Source of the DNA: an uncultured bacterium
Lineage (GTDB): Bacteria; Acidobacteriota; Thermoanaerobaculia; Multivoradales; JAHZIX01
Length of the DNA stretch: 64,000 nt
Assembly: GCA_965368975.1 (NCBI GenBank)
Contig: CBDUPA010000002.1
Span: 1-64,000, forward strand
Direction: 5' to 3'
Each line of letters opens with the position of its first letter. Positions within the stretch are counted from its first letter, which is position 1. A model generated the notes under the pieces. That model saw only the letters and a program-made list of their open reading frames with translations, did no database searches and was not told the origin of the DNA. The translations under genes were made by a program, and so were the position numbers. This document shows, piece by piece, positions 30,864 through 41,721 of the stretch.

Positions 30864-31517
30864 ATGCAACTACCTGGAACCGTACAGACCGCCGCCCCCG
30901 GACTTCGGGGCTTCGACACCGATACTTCCCTCAGGGCCGCAGTCGCCCACCAGCTCGTCGCGCAGGGTTACCACTTCTGCGTGCGCTACCTGTCCCTGGG
31001 CTGCCCGCAGGACCCAGGCGACCTCAGCCATGGCGAAGCCCTCGACATCCTGCAAGCGGGCCTGGCGCTGATGGCCGTCCAGCACGTCCGCTACCCCGGC
31101 TGGACCCCTTCCGCCGCCCTCGGCACCGCCGACGGCACCCACGCGGCCACCAACGCCCAGAGCATCGGCCTACCGCACGGCGTCAACCTATGGTGCGACC
31201 TGGAAGGTGTCGACGCAGCGACCCCGGTTCAGGACATCCTCGCCTACGGCAACGCCTGGTACCAGGCCGTCACCACCGCCGGCTACGTAGCCGGGCTCTA
31301 CGTCGGCGCCGGCAGCCGCCTGAACGGCCAACAGCTCCAAGGGGAACTCCAGTTCCAGCACTTCTGGAAATCCGCCAGCGACGTCCCCGAGATCGTCCGC
31401 GGCTACCAGCTGATCCAGGGCGACCCGGACACTTCCCTGGACGGTGTCTCGATCGACCGAGACACTACCCAGACCGATCACGAGGGTGTCAGCGTCCAGT
31501 GGCTGAGCCAGTCCTAG
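30864..31517 (+). CDS. DUF1906 / Rv2525c-like glycoside hydrolase (putative peptidoglycan hydrolase)
   Basis: GFDTDT, GYHFCVRYL, DLSHGEA, AGLALMAVQ, GTADGTHAA, WCDLEG, GYVAGLYVG, IDRD; SD AAGGAG before ATG 30864. Confidence 0.75.
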   Translation: MQLPGTVQTAAPGLRGFDTDTSLRAAVAHQLVAQGYHFCVRYLSLGCPQDPGDLSHGEALDILQAGLALMAVQHVRYPGWTPSAALGTADGTHAATNAQSIGLPHGVNLWCDLEGVDAATPVQDILAYGNAWYQAVTTAGYVAGLYVGAGSRLNGQQLQGELQFQHFWKSASDVPEIVRGYQLIQGDPDTSLDGVSIDRDTTQTDHEGVSVQWLSQS

Positions 31518-31590
31518 TCATCGGAGGACAGCACCGGCCGATCTCCAGAGTTACTACTCAGAACCTGCCTGCGAGTTCGGACCAGCGTCC

Positions 31591-34008
31591 TCACTCGTCC
31601 CGCAACACCACCACCGGGTCGACACGCGTCGCCCGCAGAGCCGGCAGCAGCGACGCGAAGAACGCGACGACCAGCAGCAACCCGGTATAGGTAACGTAGG
31701 TCACCGGATCCGTCGGGCTGATGCCGAAGACCAGGCTGCGCAGCAGCCAGCCGACGATCAACGCCGCCGCGACACCGATGGCCAGTCCGCCCAGCACCGG
31801 CGTCATGGCGTCGCGGATCACGATCTTCAGGAGATCCCCGCGCTCGGCGCCGAGCGCAGCACGGATGCCGATCTCACGCAGGCGTTGCGTGACGGAGTAG
31901 CTGATCAGGCCATAGACGCCGATGGCGGCCAGCAGCAGGGCACAGGCGGCGAAGAGGGTCAGCAGGACGACGTTGAAGCGCGGCTGCGCGACGGAAGCGT
32001 CGACGATCTGGCGCAGGGTCTGGACTTCGAACAGGGGCAGGTTTGGGTCCAGCTCGCCGACGGCGGCGCGCAGGGGTCCCGCGAGGTTCGCGGGGTCGCC
32101 GGATTCGGCACGTAGAACGACGGTGGCGTACTCCATCGGCCGTTGCATGACGGGCCAGTAGATATCCGGACCGGGCTCGGCGTCGAGCGAGTTGTGACGC
32201 ACATTACCGACGACGCCGACGATGGTCATCCACGAGCTCTCGGGATTGCTTGGATCACCGTGCGTGATGCGCTGGCCGATGGGGTCTTGGTCAGGCCAGA
32301 ACGTCTCGGCAGCGGCGCGGCTGATGATGGCGACGCGCTGGGCACCGATGGCGTCCTGGTCGTTGAACAGGCGACCGCGGTCGAGCTGGATGCCCATGGT
32401 CTCGAAGTAGTCGGGACCCACGACGCGGATGTTGGCGTTGGGCTCCTTATTGGGCTCGGGGATCGGCCGACCATCGACGTAGAAGATGAGGACGAAGTTG
32501 CCGCCGGTCAGCGGCATTGGCATGATCGAGGCGGCGCGCTCGACGCCCGGCAAAGCTTCGGCACGCTCGAACAGCTGTTGATAGAAGCGGGCGCGCGCGG
32601 CTTCGTCGGGATACTGGCTCTCGGGCAGCGTCAGGCTGGCGGTCAGCACGCCCTCGGCGTCGAAACCCGGGCTGACGTCGAGCAGTTCGCCGAGGCTGCG
32701 TAGCAGCAGGCCGGCGACGATCAGCACGACCAGGGTCAGCGCGACTTCGGCGAAGACGAGAGAGCTGCGCGTGATGCGGTTGCGGCGTCCCGTGCCGGCG
32801 CCTTGGCTGCCCTCGCGCAACGCCGAGTTGAGGTCGGGCCGGCTGGCCTGCAGGGCCGGTAGCAGGCCGAAGAGCAAGCCGGTGAGCAGCGACAAAACGA
32901 GGGTGAAGACCAGGACATCACCATTGACGGCAATGTTGTCGGCGCGCGGGATGCCACCGTCCTGAATACCGAGGAGCAACCGTGTACCCCAGCCGGCGAA
33001 CAGCAGACCGAGGGCGCCACCGGCCAGGGCCAGCAGGGCGCTCTCGGTGAGGAACTGGCGCAGCAGGCGTCGACGGCCGGCGCCGAGAGCGGTGCGCAGG
33101 GCGACTTCGCGCTCGCGCAGCGACAGCCGCGACAGCATCAGGCTGGCGACGTTGGCACACGCGATCAACAGCACCAGTCCGACGGCGCCGAGCAACATCA
33201 GCAGGCCGGTCTCGACGTCTTCGACCATCATGTCTTGCAGCGGCTGAGCAAAGGCGTCCCAGCCGGTGTTGGAGCCCGGGTACTCCTCGCGCAAGCGGGC
33301 GGTGATGGTGTCCAGTTCTGTGTTGACCTGGGTCAGCGAGACGTCCGCCTTCAAGCGCCCGTAAACGCTGAAGTAGTGAGAGCCTCGGCCGGTCTCCTCG
33401 ACATTCAGGCGCAGAGGCGCGAAGACGTCCCAGAAGGTCTGCGGAAAGTCGGCGGGCAGGACGCCGATGACGGTGTAGGGCTCGTCGCTCAGGCGGATGT
33501 CCTGGCCAATCAAGCCTGGATCGCCACCGAAGCGGCTCTGCCACAGGCTGTGGCTGATCACGACGACGGGTGGGCCTCCGAGCTGGTCGTCTTCGGGCTG
33601 CAGCAAGCGACCGACGGCAGGACGGGTGCTGAGGACTTCGAAGTAGTTGCCACTCACCAGGCTGCCATTGAGCCGCAAGGGCTCACCGTCTCCGGTCAGG
33701 TGATAGCTGCTACCGCTGCGGGCGGCCAGCGCCTCGAAGCTCGACGCCTGGTCGCGATAATCGACGTAGTTGGGCGGCGAGACGCTGAACCGGGGAAAGC
33801 CGGCGTCGAGGTTGCGCTCCCAGATACGCACCAAGCGATCGGGCTCATCGTAGGCCAGGGGCTCGAGCAAAACACCGTTGACGACGGTGAAAATGGCGCT
33901 ATTGGCCCCGATGCCGAGCGCCAGCGTGAGGATCGCGATGAGCGTGAAGGCGGGGCTCTTGCGCAGCGTGCGCAGGGCGTAGCGAAGGTCTTGCAGCAAG
34001 CTTTCCAT
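31591..34008 (-). CDS. ADOP-family duplicated ABC permease (MacB/FtsX-like, no ATPase)
   Basis: LQDLRYALRTLRKSPAFT...LALGIGANSAIF, LLIACANVA, REVALRTALGA, REIGIRAALGA, PALRATRVDPVVVLRDE. Confidence 0.92.
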   Translation of the reverse strand: MESLLQDLRYALRTLRKSPAFTLIAILTLALGIGANSAIFTVVNGVLLEPLAYDEPDRLVRIWERNLDAGFPRFSVSPPNYVDYRDQASSFEALAARSGSSYHLTGDGEPLRLNGSLVSGNYFEVLSTRPAVGRLLQPEDDQLGGPPVVVISHSLWQSRFGGDPGLIGQDIRLSDEPYTVIGVLPADFPQTFWDVFAPLRLNVEETGRGSHYFSVYGRLKADVSLTQVNTELDTITARLREEYPGSNTGWDAFAQPLQDMMVEDVETGLLMLLGAVGLVLLIACANVASLMLSRLSLREREVALRTALGAGRRRLLRQFLTESALLALAGGALGLLFAGWGTRLLLGIQDGGIPRADNIAVNGDVLVFTLVLSLLTGLLFGLLPALQASRPDLNSALREGSQGAGTGRRNRITRSSLVFAEVALTLVVLIVAGLLLRSLGELLDVSPGFDAEGVLTASLTLPESQYPDEAARARFYQQLFERAEALPGVERAASIMPMPLTGGNFVLIFYVDGRPIPEPNKEPNANIRVVGPDYFETMGIQLDRGRLFNDQDAIGAQRVAIISRAAAETFWPDQDPIGQRITHGDPSNPESSWMTIVGVVGNVRHNSLDAEPGPDIYWPVMQRPMEYATVVLRAESGDPANLAGPLRAAVGELDPNLPLFEVQTLRQIVDASVAQPRFNVVLLTLFAACALLLAAIGVYGLISYSVTQRLREIGIRAALGAERGDLLKIVIRDAMTPVLGGLAIGVAAALIVGWLLRSLVFGISPTDPVTYVTYTGLLLVVAFFASLLPALRATRVDPVVVLRDE

Positions 34009-34118
34009 GACATTCTCCTGGACGGTTGAGGCAGTCCGCGACAGCGGTTCGCATCTTCATACGCACGGTGATCGACGCAAGTTTCTCTACGCAGAGAGGA
34101 AAACTACCACGGTCGTGG

Positions 34119-37103
<2,985 letters not shown>

Positions 37104-37393
37104 GGCGAGGGATAGTAGCAGAAGTAAGGCGGAAGTCTCAGCCCATCGCGATGCACCAAAGACGTGCCAACCGACTCGCGAACCCGAGGGAAGAAGGGTC
37201 GGAGGGCAGGCTCATGGGCCACCCCCTACCCAGAACAACCGGCTAGCGATCCAGCGCGGCCATCCGGCGCGGCAAAGCCGCGAGGATAGGGGTGAGGGGA
37301 GCAGAATCACACTTCTGCGACCCGAGGGGGCCGCCGAGGCCCCCCTCGAGAACAACATATCGACTTCTTTCGCGAGGCGGTTCTCGCCGCGCG

Positions 37394-38620
37394 TCAGAAG
37401 TCGATATAGCCGTCGCGCGTCCGGATATCGACGCTGGCACCGCTGACGCGCACGCGTACCGCACGCCAGCGGCCGTCGTTGCGGAGGTCCGACGGGTAGT
37501 AGCCGAGCACGTACTGCTCGCGCAACTCCTGCAAAATGCCTCGGTACGCACCGGCCAGCTCATTGATGTCACCCAGAAGTTCCAGGCGGCCACCGCTCTG
37601 CTCGACAGCTTGCTGTAGCAGGTCCATTTCGAGCTGGTTGCTGTTGGCGTCGCGCCAGGCGGAAGCGACGGGCATGGCTTCTTCCAGCGGCACATCGGAC
37701 AGGTGGATCCAGTAGATCGACGCCTGACTGCGCTGAGCTCGCCACAGGACCTGATCCATCGGCAGGACGCTGTGGACGTCGATGCCGTCGGACAGCAGCA
37801 CGACCACGCGCCGGCCTTGACGCTGATCGAGGGCACTCAGGGCCATGTACAGGTGGTCGTTGACCGCAGTGCCGCCACGCGCCTCGATGTCGTCCAGCGC
37901 GGCCAGGAGTTCCTGGCGGTCGCCTGTGAACTCGGTGGCGCGGAAGAGCTGGTCGGAGAACAGGATCAGCATGGCTTCGTCCAGTTCCTTCATATCTTCG
38001 ATGAAGGCTCGGGCACCGGCCATGGCAGCGTCTAAACGGTCGCCTTGCATGCTCTCGCTGACGTCGATCAACAGGATTGCGGTCAGTGGCACCTGCCCCT
38101 TTTCGAAGGTCACGATTTCTTGACGATCTCCGTCATCCAGAATGGTGAACTGCGTGCGGTCCAGGTTGAGTACGCGGCTGCCGGAGTTCGAAGCGGTGAC
38201 GTAGAGCTGCTGCAGCTCCAGATCGACCACTTCGTCGACACGAATCTCCGGGGTCTCGAAGCTGTCTTCCTTGACCTGGCCGGTCACCGTGGTCACCACG
38301 ACGCGGAAACGATGCTTGCGATTCTCCTGGCCGGCGTCGAAGTTTGCTTCGAAGGGCGGCTGGGAGCGGCGGCTGACGAGCTTACCGTCGACGTACATCT
38401 CGACCTTGGCGATCGCCTCGTCGCTCTGCACTTCGACCACCATTCGGCCTGGACCGAACGCCGGCTTCAAGAAAGAGGGCTCACTGATCATCACCTGGAT
38501 GTCCGCGGCGGCCGGGGCGGCGGTGACAACACCGAGCAACAGGGCGAGAGCACAAGCAGCCAGGCGGCCCAGCCATGCGGTAGCAGGGAAAGTAGAGAAA
38601 CAGGAGGTAGCTGATGACAT
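37394..38620 (-). CDS. Exported VWA domain protein (acidobacterial type) with Ig-like N-domain
   Basis: Signal peptide; VEMYVDG Ig-like strand; MIDAS DVSES, GGTAVND, LLSDG; ELREQYVLGYYP...DGRWRAVRV. Confidence 0.85.
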   Translation of the reverse strand: MSSATSCFSTFPATAWLGRLAACALALLLGVVTAAPAAADIQVMISEPSFLKPAFGPGRMVVEVQSDEAIAKVEMYVDGKLVSRRSQPPFEANFDAGQENRKHRFRVVVTTVTGQVKEDSFETPEIRVDEVVDLELQQLYVTASNSGSRVLNLDRTQFTILDDGDRQEIVTFEKGQVPLTAILLIDVSESMQGDRLDAAMAGARAFIEDMKELDEAMLILFSDQLFRATEFTGDRQELLAALDDIEARGGTAVNDHLYMALSALDQRQGRRVVVLLSDGIDVHSVLPMDQVLWRAQRSQASIYWIHLSDVPLEEAMPVASAWRDANSNQLEMDLLQQAVEQSGGRLELLGDINELAGAYRGILQELREQYVLGYYPSDLRNDGRWRAVRVRVSGASVDIRTRDGYIDF

Positions 38621-38632
38621 GGTGAATCTCCC

Positions 38633-39919
38633 TCAAAGGTCCGCGAGGTACTCGCGCAGCGGTTCCAGGCGATTCTCGGCGTGTTGCCGCAGGTCGGCCC
38701 GCAGCTTTCGCATCACTTCGTCCGGCCAGCGGTTGTAGAGCAAGCGTGGCGACGGCGCTGCTTGTCGCGAAGTGGCTTCAATCTCGGCCAGCACACGATT
38801 CGAGTCCGCCGAACGACGGGTGCGCTCATAGAGCAGGCTTTGCTGTAGCGCCAGACGCTGGTCCGAGGGGAAGCGCGCCCGCGCTTCCTCGAGCAGCGGC
38901 TCGGCTGCCGGGTAGGCCTCGTCGTCGAGGTGGATGCGAATCAGCTCCTGATATGCCAGCACGATGGGCCAGGCGTCGCCAGTCTCGCGAGTGATCTGAC
39001 GCAGCGCCTCGGTGCCGTCACGGGTACCGCGGACGCGCTCCAGGTTGAGCGCGTAGCGCAGCTGCCCTTCGAGGTCCTTCGGGTGGCGCTTGGTCAACTC
39101 GCCGAAGTAATACAGCGCTTCCATGTAATCGCCGGTCTTCTCCATGACTGTGCCCATACCGAGCAGCGCCGCCTGGTTACCCTGGTCGAGCGCCAAGGCC
39201 TTGTCGTACAGCTCCGTACAACGGCAGAAGGTGCTCGTCATGTACTCCTGGAGCAAGCCGCCCAGGCTGGTCAAGGCACGACTGGCGATGATCTGCGAGC
39301 CTTGCCCCTGCGCGTTGGCGGCATAGCTCTCCGTCAGCACGCGCGCCACTTCCCGCGAGTGATTCGACAGGAACCAGATGCGGCGGTCGCGGTAGCGGGT
39401 ACTCGCCTCGTGGTGCATCATGATGATGGGCAGGAGCAGTTCCGGCTGTCTCTGCGCGATCGGCTTGAGCAACCCGCTTTCGGCCTTGAACAGTTCCTTG
39501 AGCCCCAGGCGCGGTGAGACGTAGCGCATCTCGAGGTCCATCAGGTGGTCGACGGCATCGTCGAGATCCCCGCTGGCGAGTTCCCCGAGAACGTTGCGGT
39601 ACCCCAACTCGACCTTCTTGGGGTCGAAATTCTCGATCACCGGACCGCGCTCGAAGCGCCCCCGCTCACGGTTGCGGGCGCGCGATTGTGGTCGTGGTTG
39701 CGGTTGCGGAGCCGCCTCGGCACGATTGGTGAGACTCAAGTGACGGCCCACGGCCGCACCGCTCGTGGCGGATGTGCCCGTAGCCGGGACCTCCGGCACT
39801 GGCATCGAAAACGCAACCAGCGACACCAACAATGCCGCCGCCAGCGGGGTCCGTGCCCACGGAACCGCCGGATCGGCACTGTACTGCGCAGCAGGAGAGT
39901 GCAGGTTTGGGAATATCAA
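38633..39919 (-). CDS. Exported TPR-repeat protein
   Basis: Hydrophobic N-region; TPR-like helices YDKALALDQGNQAALLGMG, LEEARARFPSD; start uncertain. Confidence 0.65.
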   Translation of the reverse strand: MIFPNLHSPAAQYSADPAVPWARTPLAAALLVSLVAFSMPVPEVPATGTSATSGAAVGRHLSLTNRAEAAPQPQPRPQSRARNRERGRFERGPVIENFDPKKVELGYRNVLGELASGDLDDAVDHLMDLEMRYVSPRLGLKELFKAESGLLKPIAQRQPELLLPIIMMHHEASTRYRDRRIWFLSNHSREVARVLTESYAANAQGQGSQIIASRALTSLGGLLQEYMTSTFCRCTELYDKALALDQGNQAALLGMGTVMEKTGDYMEALYYFGELTKRHPKDLEGQLRYALNLERVRGTRDGTEALRQITRETGDAWPIVLAYQELIRIHLDDEAYPAAEPLLEEARARFPSDQRLALQQSLLYERTRRSADSNRVLAEIEATSRQAAPSPRLLYNRWPDEVMRKLRADLRQHAENRLEPLREYLADL

Positions 39920-40003
39920 GGTTCTCCCTCCCTTGGGGCTTGCCGGGGGAAACGAGGCCCCCCGGTCGTGAAACCGACGAAGCTGAAGGCTCAGACTGTG
40001 TTT

Positions 40004-40726
40004 CTACAACACATTTTCCTTGTGTTCAATTCCGAAGCGCCGTAGACGGCAGCGCAGGCGCGCCGCACGGCTGTAGATCTGGTTGGCCGTCAGGCCCTCC
40101 TCCAGGCCCTTCGACACCTCGGCGACGAGTTCCCGCCCTGCGTATCCAGCCATGCGCACGCGCAGAAGGCGCAACTCGAAGCGAGCTTGAGCTGCACTGG
40201 CAGCCGAGGTCTCGAGACGTCGCAGGATCGTGCTCACGCGTTCGCGCTGCAGCAGCCGCTGCTCCGGATCGAAGATCGAATCGGCAACCAAGCACCGACC
40301 GTCGACTTCGTGCAGGCTCAGGCGCTGCAGAGTGCCTCCCCGTTTGTCGCGGCTGGCGCGACGTAGGTAATCCGTCACCGCACAGTGTGCCAGACGAAAG
40401 AGGTACTTGCGCACCGCCCCAGGGTGCAGTTGACGCAGCCCCTGCACCAAATGCTCTTGGCATTCCAACAAGCGGCAATACACGGCCTGTAGGCAATCGC
40501 ACAGATCCTCACCCTGTAACTTCGCGGGTCGTCGACTCCAGGCGCTGTGAGCACCGGCGCGCAGGACGACGTCGAAGCAACGGAAGAAACCGTCCCAGTC
40601 GAACGATGATGGTGCTTCCCGCGGACCCGGACGGTCCACGTCGCGCACCCGATCTCGCGGTCGGAACGCCCCCTCGCCGCCGCAGTCAGAATTCCACGGA
40701 TCGCCTGTCTCGGCACGATGCTCCAT
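40004..40726 (-). CDS. Divergent ECF-type sigma70 factor
   Basis: Region 2 EDLCDCLQAVYCRLL...KYLFRLAHCAVTDYLRR; DPEQRLLQRE; region 4 IYSRAARLRCRL; start ATG 40726 after AGGAG. Confidence 0.65.
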   Translation of the reverse strand: MEHRAETGDPWNSDCGGEGAFRPRDRVRDVDRPGPREAPSSFDWDGFFRCFDVVLRAGAHSAWSRRPAKLQGEDLCDCLQAVYCRLLECQEHLVQGLRQLHPGAVRKYLFRLAHCAVTDYLRRASRDKRGGTLQRLSLHEVDGRCLVADSIFDPEQRLLQRERVSTILRRLETSAASAAQARFELRLLRVRMAGYAGRELVAEVSKGLEEGLTANQIYSRAARLRCRLRRFGIEHKENVL

Positions 40727-40927
40727 ACTCCCGGCTCCTGCGTGGAACCGAAGGCATAGCCGACGCTCTGGACTCTCGGACTTCGAAGCAAGCACGGCGA
40801 GCGTAGCAGCTGGCTCCCCTGGCGGCAACCAGCACCAACACGCACCAACACCAGCCGGGAAGCCGCCCCCGAAGCGCGCAGACGGATCCCATCACCATCG
40901 CACATAAGTGATAGCATTCGGTCGTCC

Positions 40928-41572
40928 ATGACTCCTATCGACGATAAGCCAGAACCTGCCGCGGCCACTGTGCCGGAAGACCAGACCGACGTCACCCAGT
41001 TGCTCCTCGACTGGAGCCGAGGGGATCGTAGCGCCTTGACGCGCCTGATGCCCTTGGTGTTCGGTGAGCTGCACCGCATCGCCGAAGGCTACTTCCGTCG
41101 AGAGCGCTCGAGCCACACCTTGCAGCCGACCGCTCTGGTCAACGAGGTCTATCTACGCCTGATCGACCGTCGGCGCGTCCAGTGGCACAATCGCGCCCAC
41201 TTCTTCGGCTTCGCCGCGCAACTGATGCGCAATATCTTGGTCGACCACGCCCGCGCTCGCCAGACCGCCAAGCGCGGCGGCGACGCCATCACCGTGACGC
41301 TCGACGAGGCCTTCGGGCCACTGCACACCCCCGACCTCGACCTGATCGCGCTCGACGACTGCCTGAATCGCCTGCAGGGGCTCGATGAGCGCCAAAGCAA
41401 GATCGTCGAGCTGCGCTTCTTCGCCGGCTTGACGGTCGACGAGACCGCGGAGGTCATGGACGTCTCTCCAACGACGGTCAAGCGCGAATGGCGAACGGCC
41501 AAGCTGTGGCTGTTTCGTGAACTCAGCCGCGGCCCCAAGATCCCCGGCGCCCCCCCTGCGTCTTCCGTCTGA
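40928..41572 (+). CDS. ECF sigma factor, TIGR02999/ECF43 (EcfK-like) type
   Basis: VTQLLLDWSRGD, HTLQPTALVNEVYLRL, RAHFFGFAAQLMRNILVDHAR, VELRFFAGLT, TVKREWRTAKLWL. Confidence 0.92.
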   Translation: MTPIDDKPEPAAATVPEDQTDVTQLLLDWSRGDRSALTRLMPLVFGELHRIAEGYFRRERSSHTLQPTALVNEVYLRLIDRRRVQWHNRAHFFGFAAQLMRNILVDHARARQTAKRGGDAITVTLDEAFGPLHTPDLDLIALDDCLNRLQGLDERQSKIVELRFFAGLTVDETAEVMDVSPTTVKREWRTAKLWLFRELSRGPKIPGAPPASSV

Positions 41573-41721
41573 ATTCCAGCCCGTTCGGGCCGCTTGATTT
41601 CCATCAGGGTCCGCCTTTCGAGATGGTCTGTCCGCGAGAGCGCTCTCGCGTTCTAGAACGAAGACCATTCTGCGCTGATATAGTGTTACTTAAATATAGG
41701 TGAGTCTATAGGGGAAGTCTG

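Noticed and set aside
37104-37260. LexA/SOS box upstream of uvrA
   Set aside because: No convincing match to CTGT-N8-ACAG, GAAC-N4-GTTC or GTTC-N7-GTTC
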